Shown here one piece after another: positions 26,927-39,283 of a stretch of DNA of 64,000 bases. The stretch is from Heterodontus francisci (taxonomy: Eukaryota), in NCBI RefSeq assembly GCF_036365525.1, contig NC_090378.1:122249593-122313592 (forward strand), written 5' to 3'. The first letter of the stretch is position 1, and each line of letters begins with the position of its first letter. The notes under the pieces were generated by a model that saw nothing but the letters and a program-made list of their open reading frames with translations, did not search any database and was not told the origin of the DNA. Position numbers and translations under genes: made by a program.

Positions 26927-27355
26927 AATGTTAGAGACAGTCCGCAGAGGAGACACAACTTTAAATATAACAGGGGTGAGCTGGGAGGATAAAGGTCATT
27001 GTCAGCACGGAATTTCAACTCTCTTCCTTCTCGTGACTGGGTCTGAGACACCTCTGAGGATCAGGGGTTAAGGCACTAAATTGGGACAGTGTAGAGGGGG
27101 CTTTACTCTGTATCTAACCCGTACTGTACCTGCCCTGGGAGTGTTTGATTGGACAATGTAGACTCGTGATGCCAAGTAAAACCTCTCTAAGATGCTGAAG
27201 ACTGTCAGCTGAGCTAAAATAATATGAACCTCAGAAGTCACCGCTCAGTAAACCAGACCTCCTTCCTGCTCACCCTGCAGTTACAATTTAAAGTTTAGTC
27301 TCTGTTTAAAGCGACAGGATTCTCATGTTATTGAGAAAATCTCCACAACTGTTTT

Positions 27356-27456
27356 AATAAACCTTCATTCTCCCTGTGAATTTCTCCAGCTTCCTCTCAC
27401 TGAGCTGTTTATTCAAGTCTTTTTACTGTAAATGTAAATCTGTAAAAGGTAATAAA
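27356..27456 (+). terminator. Candidate polyadenylation signals for the light-chain transcript
   Basis: AATAAA at 27356-27361 and 27451-27456, 430-530 bp after the C stop codon. Confidence 0.65.
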
Positions 27457-27604
27457 CATTAAGAATATTCAGTAAATGTCTCGGGAGTACTTTGGAAATG
27501 TCCCACATTCCTGTCAGTTGATTGGCTGTATTTCAGCAAGTGATTCTAATGATTGGCTGGTTAAACTCTCAATCAATAGCACATTAGCATAAGATTTGAT
27601 TACA

Positions 27605-28130
27605 AACAGAAATACAAACATATGAATTAGGAGCAGGAGTAGGCCACTCGGCCCCTCGAACCTGCTCCACCATTCAATAAGATCATGGCTGATCTGATTG
27701 TAATCTCAACACCACATTCCCTCCTAGCCATGATAACCTTTCACCCCCTTGCTTATCAAGAATCTATCTTCCTCTGCCTTAAAAATATTTATAGACTCTG
27801 CTTCCATTGCCTTTTGAGAAAGAGAGTTCCAAAGAGTCACGACCCTTGGAAATAAAAGAATTCTCAACTCTGTATTAAATGGGTGACACCTTATTTTTAA
27901 ATAGTGACCCCAAGTTCTAGTTTCTTCAACAAGAAGAAACAACCTTTCCACATCCACCCTGTTAAAACCCCTCAGGAATCTTATATGTCTCCATCAAGTC
28001 ACCTCTTACTCTTCTAAACTCCAGTGGATATAAACCTAACCTGTCCAACCTTTCCTCAGAGGAAAACCTGCACATTCCAAGTATTAGTCTAATAAACCTT
28101 CTCTGAACTGATTCCAACACATTTACATCC
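27605..28130 (-). mobile_element. CR1 LINE 3' fragment, cut off by the 45-bp satellite
   Basis: LESVQRRFIRLILGM..LEFRRVRGDLMETYKI plus the 3' UTR motif GGAGCAGGAGTAGGCCACTCGGCCCCTCG. Confidence 0.88.
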
Positions 28131-29333
28131 TGTAGGTGTGTGTTTCGGAGTGTGTGTGGGTTACCCAATACTGTCTGTTCGGTGTGTGTGTCTGAGTGTG
28201 TGTGGGTTACCCTGTACTGTCTGTAGGTGTGTGTGTCTGCATGTGTGTGGGTTACCCTGTATTGTCTGGAGGTGTGTGTGTCTGAGTATGTGTGGGTTAC
28301 CCAGTACTGTACGTCGGTGTGTGTGTCTGAGTGTGTGTGGGTTACACAGTACTGTCTGTAGGTGTGTGTGTCTGTGTGTGTGTGGGTTACCCTGTACTGG
28401 CTGTAGGTGTGTGTGTCTGCGTGTGTGTGGGTTACCCTGTACTGTCTGTAGGTGTGTGTGTCTGAGTGTGTGTGGGTTACCCTGTACTGTCTGTAGGTGT
28501 GTGTGTCTGAGTGTGTGTGGGTTACCCTGTATTGTCTGGAGGTGTGTGTGTCTGAGTGTGTGTGGGTTACCCAGGACTGTATGTCAGTGTGTGTGTCTGA
28601 GTGTGTGTGGGTTACCCAGTACTGTCTGTAGGTGTGTGTGTCTGAGTGTGTGTGGGTTACCCTGTAATGTCTGCAGGTGTGTGTATCTGAGTGTGTGTGG
28701 GTTACCCTGGACTGTCTGTAGATGTGTGTGTCTGAGTGTGTGTGGGTAACCCAGTACTGTCTGTAGGTGTGTGTGTCTGAGTGTGTGTGGGTTACCCTGT
28801 GCTGTCTGTAGGTGTGTGTGTCTGAGTGTGTGTGGGTTACCCTATACTGTCTGTAAGTGTGTGTGTCTGAGTGTGTGTGGGTTACCCTGTCCTGTCTGTA
28901 GGTGTGTGTGTCTAAGTGTGTGTGGGTTACCCTGTCCTGTCTGTAGGTGTGTGTCTCTGAGTGTGTGTGGGTTACCCAGTACTGTCTGTAGGTGTGTGTG
29001 TCTGAGTGTGTGTGGGTTACCCAGTACTGTCTGTAGTTGTGTGTGTCTGAGTGTGTGTGGGTTACCCTGTCCTGTCTGTAGGTGTGTGTCTCTGAGTGTG
29101 TGTGGGTTACCCAGTACTGTCTGTAGGTGTGTGTGTCTGAGTGTGTGTGGGTTACCCTGTCCTGTCTGTAGGTGTGTGTCTCTGAGTGTGTGTGGGTTAC
29201 CCAGTACTGTCTGTAGGTGTGTGTGTCTGAGTGTGTGTGGGTTACCCTGTCCTGTCTGTAGGTGTGTGTCTCTGAGTGTGTGTGGGTTACCCAGTACTGT
29301 CTGTAGGTGTGTGAGTCTGAGTGTGGGTGTGTT

Positions 29334-29765
29334 ATAGAATCATAGAGTTATACAGCACAGAACCAGGCCCTTCAGCCCATCGTGTCTTTGCCAACCATCA
29401 AGCACCTATCTATTCTAATCACATTTTCTGGCACTTGGCCCATAGCCTTGTATGCTATGGCATTTCAAGTGCTCATCTAAATACATCTTAAATGTTGTGA
29501 GGGTTCCTGCCTCTACCAAGTGTTCAGGCAGTGCATTCCAGATTCGCACCACCCTCTGGGTGAAAATTCTTTTCCTCTAAGCCTCCTGCCTCTTAGTTTC
29601 AATCTATGCACACTGGTTATTGACCCCTCCACTAAGGCAAAAGGTTTCTTCCTATCTATCCTATCAATGCACCTCATAATTTTATATACCTCAATCAGGT
29701 CCTCCATCAGCCTTCTCTGCTCTAAGGAAAACAACCCTAGCCTATCCAGTCTCTCTTCATAGCTA
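29334..29765 (-). mobile_element. CR1 3' fragment inserted in the 45-bp satellite (copy 1)
   Basis: SYEERLDRLGLFSLEQRRLMEDLIEVYKIM; tail ATAGAATCATAGAG. Confidence 0.9.
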
Positions 29766-32597
29766 TCCAGTACTCTCAGTAGGTTTGTATGTCTAAGGAT
29801 GTGTGTATTACACAGTGCAGTCATTTGGTGGGTTCCTCTGAGAATGGGTCTGTTACCCAGTATTGTCTGTAGGTGTGTGTCTCTGAGTGTGGGTGTGTTA
29901 CCCAGTACTGTCTGTAGGTGCGTGTCTCTGAGTATGTGTCTTACCCAGTACTGTCTGCAGGTGTGTGTCTCTGAGTGTGTGTGTGTTAAACAGTACTGTC
30001 TGCAGGTGTGTGTCTCTGAGTGTGGGTGTGTTACCCAGTACTGTCTGTAGGTGTGTGTCTCTGAGTTTGAGTGTGTTACCCAGTACTGTCTGTAGGTGTG
30101 TGTCTCTGAGTTTGAGTGTGTTACCCAGTACTGTCTGTAGGTGTGCATCTCTGATTGTGGGTGAGTTACCCAGTTCTGTCGGTAGGTGTGTATCTCTGAG
30201 TGTGGGTGTGCTACCCAGTTCTGTCTGGAGGTGTGTATCTCTGAGTTTGGGTGTGTTAGCCTGTACTGTCTGTAGGTGTGTGTTTCTGAGTGTGGGTGTG
30301 TTACCCAGTACTGTCTGTAGGTGTGTGTCTCTGAGTTTGAGTGTGTTACCCAGTACTGTCTCTAGGTGTGTAACTCTGATTGTGGGTGAGTTACCCAGTA
30401 CTGTCGGTAGGTGTGTATCTCTGAGTGTGGGTGTGTTACCCAGTTCTGTCTGGAGGTGTGTATCTCTGAGTGTGGGTGTGTTCCCCAGTACTGTCTGTAG
30501 GTGTGTATCTCTGAGTGTGGGTGTGTTACCCAGTTCTGTCTGGAGGTGTGTATCTCTGAGTGCGGGTATGTTACCCAGTACTGTCTGTAGGTGTGTATCT
30601 CTGAGTGTGGGTGTGTTACCCAGTTCTGTCTGGAGGTGTGTATCTCTGAGTGTGGGTGTGTTACCCAGTACTGTCTGTAGGTGTGTGTCTCTGAGTGTGG
30701 GTGTGTTACCCAGTACTGTCTGTAGGTGTGTGTCTCTGAGTGTGGGAGTGTTACCCAGTACTGTCTGTAGGTGTGTGTCTCTGAGTGTGGGTGTGTTACC
30801 CAGTACTGTCTGTAGGTGTGTGTCTCTGAGTGTGAGTGTGTTACCCAGTACTGTCTGTAGGTGTGTGTCTCTGAGTGTGAGTGTGTTACCCAGTACTGTC
30901 TGCAGGTGTGTGTCTCTGAGTTTGAGTATGTTACCCAGAACTGTCTGTCGGTGTGTGTCTCTGAGTTTGAGTGTGTTACCCAGTACTGTCTGTCGGTGTG
31001 TATCTCTGAGTTTGAGTGTGTTACCCAGTACTGTCTGTAGGTGTGTGTCTCTGAGTTTGAGTGTGTTACCCAGTACTGTCTGTAGGTGTGTATCTCTGAG
31101 TTTGAGTGTGTTACCCAGTACTGTCTGTAGGTGTGTGTCTCTGAGTTTGAGTGTGTTACCCAGTACTGTCTGTAGGTGTGTGTCTCTGAGTTTGAGTGTG
31201 TTACCCAGTACTGTCTGTAGGTGTGTGTCTCTGAGTTTGAGTGTGTTACCCAGTACTGTCTGTAGATGTGTGTCTCTGAGTGTGGGTGTGTTACCCAGTA
31301 CTGTCTGTAGGTGTGTATCTCTGAGTGTGGGTGTGTTACCCAGTACTGTCTGTAGGTGTGTATCTCTGAGTGTGGGTGTGTTACCCAGTACTGTCTGTAG
31401 GTGTGTATCTCTGAGTGTGGGTGTGTTACCCAGTTCTGTCTGGAGGTGTGTATCTCTGAGTGCGGGTATGTTACCCAGTACTGTCTGTAGGTGTGTATCT
31501 CTGAGTGTGGGTGTGTTACCCAGTTCTGTCTGGAGGTGTGTATCTCTGAGTGTGGGTGTGTTACCCAGTACTGTCTGTAGGTGTGTGTCTCTGAGTGTGG
31601 GTGTGTTACCCAGTACTGTCTGTAGGTGTGTGTCTCTGAGTGTGGGAGTGTTACCCAGTACTGTCTGTAGGTGTGTGTCTCTGAGTGTGGGTGTGTTACC
31701 CAGTACTGTCTGTAGGTGTGTGTCTCTGAGTGTGAGTGTGTTACCCAGCACTGTCTGTAGGTGTGTGTCTCTGAGTGTGAGTGTGTTACCCAGTACTGTC
31801 TGCAGGTGTGTGTCTCTGAGTTTGAGTATGTTACCCAGAACTGTCTGTCGGTGTGTGTCTCTGAGTTTGAGTGTGTTACCCAGTACTGTCTGTCGGTGTG
31901 TATCTCTGAGTTTGAGTGTGTTACCCAGTACTGTCTGTAGGTGTGTGTCTCTGAGTTTGAGTGTGTTACCCAGTACTGTCTGTAGGTGTGTATCTCTGAG
32001 TTTGAGTGTGTTACCCAGTACTGTCTGTAGGTGTGTGTCTCTGAGTTTGAGTGTGTTACCCAGTACTGTCTGTAGGTGTGTGTCTCTGAGTTTGAGTGTG
32101 TTACCCAGTACTGTCTGTCGGTGTGTATCTCTGAGTTTGAGTGTGTTACCCAGTACTGTCTGTAGGTGTGTGTCTCTGAGTTTGAGTGTGTTACCCAGTA
32201 CTGTCTGTAGGTGTGTATCTCTGAGTTTGAGTGTGTTACCCAGTACTGTCTGTAGGTGTGTGTCTCTGAGTTTGAGTGTGTTACCCAGTACTGTCTGTAG
32301 GTGTGTGTCTCTGAGTTTGAGTGTGTTACCCAGTACTGTCTGTAGGTGTGTGTCTCTGAGTTTGAGTGTGTTACCCAGTACTGTCTGTAGATGTGTGTCT
32401 CTGAGTGTGGGTGTGTTACCCAGTACTGTCTGTAGGTGTGTGTCTCTGAGTGTGGGTGTGTTACCCAGTACTGTCTGTAGGTGTGTGTGTCTGAGTGTGT
32501 GTGGGTTACCCTGTCCTGTCTGTAGGTGTGTGTCTCTGAGTGTGTGTGGGTTACCCAGTACTGTCTGTAGGTGTGTGAGTCTGAGTGTGGGTGTGTT

Positions 32598-33029
32598 ATA
32601 GAATCATAGAGTTATACAGCACAGAACCAGGCCCTTCAGCCCATCGTGTCTTTGCCAACCATCAAGCACCTATCTATTCTAATCACATTTTCTGGCACTT
32701 GGCCCATAGCCTTGTATGCTATGGCATTTCAAGTGCTCATCTAAATACATCTTAAATGTTGTGAGGGTTCCTGCCTCTACCAAGTGTTCAGGCAGTGCAT
32801 TCCAGATTCGCACCACCCTCTGGGTGAAAATTCTTTTCCTCTAAGCCTCCTGCCTCTTAGTTTCAATCTATGCACACTGGTTATTGACCCCTCCACTAAG
32901 GCAAAAGGTTTCTTCCTATCTATCCTATCAATGCACCTCATAATTTTATATACCTCAATCAGGTCCTCCATCAGCCTTCTCTGCTCTAAGGAAAACAACC
33001 CTAGCCTATCCAGTCTCTCTTCATAGCTA
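32598..33029 (-). mobile_element. CR1 3' fragment (copy 2, identical, 3264 bp downstream)
   Basis: ORFs 29513..30148 and 32777..33412 have identical translations. Confidence 0.9.
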
Positions 33030-36000
33030 TCCAGTACTCTCAGTAGGTTTGTATGTCTAAGGATGTGTGTATTACACAGTGCAGTCATTTGGTGGGTTCC
33101 TCTGAGAATGGGTCTGTTACCCAGTATTGTCTGTAGGTGTGTGTCTCTGAGTGTGGGTGTGTTACCCAGTACTGTCTGTAGGTGCGTGTCTCTGAGTATG
33201 TGTCTTACCCAGTACTGTCTGCAGGTGTGTGTCTCTGAGTGTGTGTGTGTTAAACAGTACTGTCTGCAGGTGTGTGTCTCTGAGTGTGGGTGTGTTACCC
33301 AGTACTGTCTGTAGGTGTGTGTCTCTGAGTTTGAGTGTGTTACCCAGTACTGTCTGTAGGTGTGTGTCTCTGAGTTTGAGTGTGTTACCCAGTACTGTCT
33401 GTAGGTGTGCATCTCTGATTGTGGGTGAGTTACCCAGTTCTGTCGGTAGGTGTGTATCTCTGAGTGTGGGTGTGCTACCCAGTTCTGTCTGGAGGTGTGT
33501 ATCTCTGAGTTTGGGTGTGTTAGCCTGTACTGTCTGTAGGTGTGTGTTTCTGAGTGTGGGTGTGTTACCCAGTACTGTCTGTAGGTGTGTGTCTCTGAGT
33601 TTGAGTGTGTTACCCAGTACTGTCTCTAGGTGTGTAACTCTGATTGTGGGTGAGTTACCCAGTACTGTCGGTAGGTGTGTATCTCTGAGTGTGGGTGTGT
33701 TACCCAGTTCTGTCTGGAGGTGTGTATCTCTGAGTGTGGGTGTGTTCCCCAGTACTGTCTGTAGGTGTGTATCTCTGAGTGTGGGTGTGTTACCCAGTTC
33801 TGTCTGGAGGTGTGTATCTCTGAGTGCGGGTATGTTACCCAGTACTGTCTGTAGGTGTGTATCTCTGAGTGTGGGTGTGTTACCCAGTTCTGTCTGGAGG
33901 TGTGTATCTCTGAGTGTGGGTGTGTTACCCAGTACTGTCTGTAGGTGTGTGTCTCTGAGTGTGGGTGTGTTACCCAGTACTGTCTGTAGGTGTGTGTCTC
34001 TGAGTGTGGGAGTGTTACCCAGTACTGTCTGTAGGTGTGTGTCTCTGAGTGTGGGTGTGTTACCCAGTACTGTCTGTAGGTGTGTGTCTCTGAGTGTGAG
34101 TGTGTTACCCAGTACTGTCTGTAGGTGTGTGTCTCTGAGTGTGAGTGTGTTACCCAGTACTGTCTGCAGGTGTGTGTCTCTGAGTTTGAGTATGTTACCC
34201 AGAACTGTCTGTCGGTGTGTGTCTCTGAGTTTGAGTGTGTTACCCAGTACTGTCTGTCGGTGTGTATCTCTGAGTTTGAGTGTGTTACCCAGTACTGTCT
34301 GTAGGTGTGTGTCTCTGAGTTTGAGTGTGTTACCCAGTACTGTCTGTAGGTGTGTATCTCTGAGTTTGAGTGTGTTACCCAGTACTGTCTGTAGGTGTGT
34401 GTCTCTGAGTTTGAGTGTGTTACCCAGTACTGTCTGTAGGTGTGTGTCTCTGAGTTTGAGTGTGTTACCCAGTACTGTCTGTAGGTGTGTGTCTCTGAGT
34501 TTGAGTGTGTTACCCAGTACTGTCTGTAGATGTGTGTCTCTGAGTGTGGGTGTGTTACCCAGTACTGTCTGTAGGTGTGTATCTCTGAGTGTGGGTGTGT
34601 TACCCAGTACTGTCTGTAGGTGTGTATCTCTGAGTGTGGGTGTGTTACCCAGTACTGTCTGTAGGTGTGTATCTCTGAGTGTGGGTGTGTTACCCAGTTC
34701 TGTCTGGAGGTGTGTATCTCTGAGTGCGGGTATGTTACCCAGTACTGTCTGTAGGTGTGTATCTCTGAGTGTGGGTGTGTTACCCAGTTCTGTCTGGAGG
34801 TGTGTATCTCTGAGTGTGGGTGTGTTACCCAGTACTGTCTGTAGGTGTGTGTCTCTGAGTGTGGGTGTGTTACCCAGTACTGTCTGTAGGTGTGTGTCTC
34901 TGAGTGTGGGAGTGTTACCCAGTACTGTCTGTAGGTGTGTGTCTCTGAGTGTGGGTGTGTTACCCAGTACTGTCTGTAGGTGTGTGTCTCTGAGTGTGAG
35001 TGTGTTACCCAGCACTGTCTGTAGGTGTGTGTCTCTGAGTGTGAGTGTGTTACCCAGTACTGTCTGCAGGTGTGTGTCTCTGAGTTTGAGTATGTTACCC
35101 AGAACTGTCTGTCGGTGTGTGTCTCTGAGTTTGAGTGTGTTACCCAGTACTGTCTGTCGGTGTGTATCTCTGAGTTTGAGTGTGTTACCCAGTACTGTCT
35201 GTAGGTGTGTGTCTCTGAGTTTGAGTGTGTTACCCAGTACTGTCTGTAGGTGTGTATCTCTGAGTTTGAGTGTGTTACCCAGTACTGTCTGTAGGTGTGT
35301 GTCTCTGAGTTTGAGTGTGTTACCCAGTACTGTCTGTAGGTGTGTGTCTCTGAGTTTGAGTGTGTTACCCAGTACTGTCTGTCGGTGTGTATCTCTGAGT
35401 TTGAGTGTGTTACCCAGTACTGTCTGTAGGTGTGTGTCTCTGAGTTTGAGTGTGTTACCCAGTACTGTCTGTAGGTGTGTATCTCTGAGTTTGAGTGTGT
35501 TACCCAGTACTGTCTGTAGGTGTGTGTCTCTGAGTTTGAGTGTGTTACCCAGTACTGTCTGTAGGTGTGTGTCTCTGAGTTTGAGTGTGTTACCCAGTAC
35601 TGTCTGTAGGTGTGTGTCTCTGAGTTTGAGTGTGTTACCCAGTACTGTCTGTAGATGTGTGTCTCTGAGTGTGGGTGTGTTACCCAGTACTGTCTGTAGG
35701 TGTGTGTCTCTGAGTGTGGGTGTGTTACCCAGTACTGTCTGTAGGTGTGTATCTCTGAGTGTGGGTGTGTTACCCAGTACTGTCTGTAGGTGTGTATCTC
35801 TGAGTGTGGGTGTGTTACCCAGTACTGTCTGTAGGTGTGTGTCTCTGAGTGTGGGTGTGTTACCCAGTACTGTCTGTAGGTGTGTGTCTCTGAGTGTGGG
35901 AGTGTTACCCAGTACTGTCTGTAGGTGTGTGTCTCTGAGTGTGGGTGTGTTACCCAGTACTGTCTGTAGGTGTGTGTCTCTGAGTGTGAGTGTGTTACCC

Positions 36001-37960
36001 AGTACTGTCTGTAGGTGTGTGTCTCTGAGTGTGAGTGTGTTACCCAGTACTGTCTGCAGGTGTGTGTCTCTGAGTTTGAGTATGTTACCCAGAACTGTCT
36101 GTCGGTGTGTGTCTCTGAGTTTGAGTGTGTTACCCAGTACTGTCTGTCGGTGTGTATCTCTGAGTTTGAGTGTGTTACCCAGTACTGTCTGTAGGTGTGT
36201 GTCTCTGAGTTTGAGTGTGTTACCCAGTACTGTCTGTAGGTGTGTATCTCTGAGTTTGAGTGTGTTACCCAGTACTGTCTGTAGGTGTGTGTCTCTGAGT
36301 TTGAGTGTGTTACCCAGTACTGTCTGTAGGTGTGTGTCTCTGAGTTTGAGTGTGTTACCCAGTACTGTCTGTAGGTGTGTGTCTCTGAGTTTGAGTGTGT
36401 TACCCAGTACTGTCTGTAGATGTGTGTCTCTGAGTGTGGGTGTGTTACCCAGTACTGTCTGTAGGTGTGTATCTCTGAGTGTGGGTGTGTTACCCAGTAC
36501 TGTCTGTAGGTGTGTATCTCTGAGTGTGGGTGTGTTACCCAGTACTGTCTGTAGGTGTGTATCTCTGAGTGTGGGTGTGTTACCCAGTTCTGTCTGGAGG
36601 TGTGTATCTCTGAGTGCGGGTATGTTACCCAGTACTGTCTGTAGGTGTGTATCTCTGAGTGTGGGTGTGTTACCCAGTTCTGTCTGGAGGTGTGTATCTC
36701 TGAGTGTGGGTGTGTTACCCAGTACTGTCTGTAGGTGTGTGTCTCTGAGTGTGGGTGTGTTACCCAGTACTGTCTGTAGGTGTGTGTCTCTGAGTGTGGG
36801 AGTGTTACCCAGTACTGTCTGTAGGTGTGTGTCTCTGAGTGTGGGTGTGTTACCCAGTACTGTCTGTAGGTGTGTGTCTCTGAGTGTGAGTGTGTTACCC
36901 AGCACTGTCTGTAGGTGTGTGTCTCTGAGTGTGAGTGTGTTACCCAGTACTGTCTGCAGGTGTGTGTCTCTGAGTTTGAGTATGTTACCCAGAACTGTCT
37001 GTCGGTGTGTGTCTCTGAGTTTGAGTGTGTTACCCAGTACTGTCTGTCGGTGTGTATCTCTGAGTTTGAGTGTGTTACCCAGTACTGTCTGTAGGTGTGT
37101 GTCTCTGAGTTTGAGTGTGTTACCCAGTACTGTCTGTAGGTGTGTATCTCTGAGTTTGAGTGTGTTACCCAGTACTGTCTGTAGGTGTGTGTCTCTGAGT
37201 TTGAGTGTGTTACCCAGTACTGTCTGTAGGTGTGTGTCTCTGAGTTTGAGTGTGTTACCCAGTACTGTCTGTCGGTGTGTATCTCTGAGTTTGAGTGTGT
37301 TACCCAGTACTGTCTGTAGGTGTGTGTCTCTGAGTTTGAGTGTGTTACCCAGTACTGTCTGTAGGTGTGTATCTCTGAGTTTGAGTGTGTTACCCAGTAC
37401 TGTCTGTAGGTGTGTGTCTCTGAGTTTGAGTGTGTTACCCAGTACTGTCTGTAGGTGTGTGTCTCTGAGTTTGAGTGTGTTACCCAGTACTGTCTGTAGG
37501 TGTGTGTCTCTGAGTTTGAGTGTGTTACCCAGTACTGTCTGTAGATGTGTGTCTCTGAGTGTGGGTGTGTTACCCAGTACTGTCTGTAGGTGTGTGTCTC
37601 TGAGTGTGGGTGTGTTACCCAGTACTGTCTGTAGGTGTGTATCTCTGAGTGTGGGTGTGTTACCCAGTACTGTCTGTAGGTGTGTATCTCTGAGTGTGGG
37701 TGTGTTACCCAGTACTGTCTGTAGGTGTGTATCTCTGAGTTTGAGTGTGTTACCCAGTACTGTCTGTAGGTGTGTATCTCTGAGTGTGGGTGTGTTACCC
37801 AGTACTGTCTGTAGGTGTGTATCTCTGAGTTTGAGTGTGTTACCCAGTACTGTCTGTAGGTGTGGCTGCTATGTTTTGAAGATGCAATGGCACGTTTCAC
37901 TATCACAGACGTCACAAGGAAAAAGGCCTTACTTTGACACTTGGAGGTGAAGAATTAGAA

Positions 37961-39283
37961 TATGGTTTTCCAGCATACGGCCCACGGGCCAGACTTCAGC
38001 CCTGCAAAGCACTTCGGTGGGCAGCTCTATTTTTGTGAGGATCCCCGACCCACACAACGTGGCTGTGCCCAGCGGGAGAGTGTCATTCACATCCTGTCTC
38101 TGTAATCCACATTGATGGAGAATGAACAGATGGGGAATGGGCAGCAGAGACAGGGGAGCCGGGATTGTAGGGCGGGGAGTGGAAAGCGAGGAGTGGAGCG
38201 TGGAGTGGGGATTGGAGAACGGACAGTGGGGAGTGGAGAGCGTGGAGTGGGGAGTGGTGAACGGACAGTGGGGAGTAGAGAGCGTGGAGTGGGGAGTGGA
38301 GAACGGACAGTGGGGAGTGGAGAGCGTGGAGTGGGGAGTGGAGAACGGACAGTGGGGAGTGGAGAGCGTGGAGTGGGGAGTGGAGAACGGACAGTGGGGA
38401 GTGGAGAGCGTGGAGTGGAGAACGGACAGTGGGGAGTGGGGAGCGTGGAGTGGAGAACGGACAGTGGGGAGTGGAGAGCGTGGAATGGGGAGTGGAGAAA
38501 GGACAGTGGGGAGTGGAGAGCGTGGAGTGGGAATGGAGAACGGACAGTGGGGAGTAGAGGCGTGGAGTGGGGAGTGGAGAACGGACAGTGGGGAGTGGAG
38601 AGCGTGGAGTGGGGAGTGGAGTGTGGGTAGTGGGGAGAGGAGAGTGGGCAGTGGAGAGTGGGCAGTGGAGAGTGGGAAGTGGAGGGTGGGGAGCAGGGAT
38701 CAGGGACTGGGGAGCAGGCAGTGAGGAGGAGGGAATGAGAGACAAACAGAGAAAGAGAGCAGGGAGTAAGAGAAAGAAGGGGCAGAGAGAGAGGGAGAGA
38801 GAGAGACAGAGAGAGGGGATAGTGGGACAGACAGAGGGAGACTGATAGAGAGAGTGGGGAGACAGAGGTAGGGGAGAGGGTGGGACTGAGAGGGGGAGAG
38901 AGAGATGGAGGGGGGAAAGAGAGACAGAGAGATACAGAGAGCAAGAGGAGAGAGGAAGAAAGATCAATATCTCTCTGACACATGGACATCATTCTGGAAT
39001 ACACTGCATCGCTACGTCAAGTGTGTGGGCAGAGATTGAGTATTAATGCAAGCAAAAACAATGTCAGGTAGGTCACTAAATCAATGTTCAACATAGTAAT
39101 GAGAAAGTAAGTCAATAAATTACCTCTCATTTAAAGCTTCTTCATAAAAATGCACATTTGTTATAGTTTTCATACAAGGATACATTTTTAATGCCTTTAT
39201 CGTCCGAAATGTTCTCACTGGCCCCCTACTGGAGGGTAAAAATTGTAATCTGGCCCCTGACACGAAAAGGTTGGACATCCCTG
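37961..39283. mobile_element. Degenerate hAT (Charlie-like) element ends bracketing a G-rich minisatellite
   Basis: The right end GGTTGGACATCCCTG (reverse complement CAGGGATGTCCAACC) is a typical hAT TIR. The left end TATGGTTTTCCAGCATACGGCCCACGGGCCAGA resembles a Charlie-type left terminus. No matching TSD, so the two ends may belong to different copies. Confidence 0.5.
38185..38690. repeat. G-rich 42-bp minisatellite built from 7-mers (TGGAGAG CGTGGAG TGGGGAG TGGAGAA CGGACAG TGGGGAG), followed by a GA tract to ~38960
   Basis: 14-aa periodicity SGERGVGSGERTVG in the ORF track; repeat is directly visible. Confidence 0.92.

Larger units (their letters stand above)
28131..37862. repeat. 45-bp GT-rich tandem satellite (GTGTGTGTCTCTGAGTGTGGGTGTGTTACCCAGTACTGTCTGTAG) with two embedded CR1 fragments
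   Basis: 45-bp period (15-aa repeat in the ORF track). Subtype A (…GTGTGTGGGTTACCCTGT…) spans 28131-29333; subtype B follows. Confidence 0.98.

Noticed and set aside
29898-37950. ORFs of 617-1573 aa on both strands
   Set aside because: Translations of a 45-bp (multiple of 3) satellite, open in several overlapping frames and both strands; no domain, splice or codon evidence.
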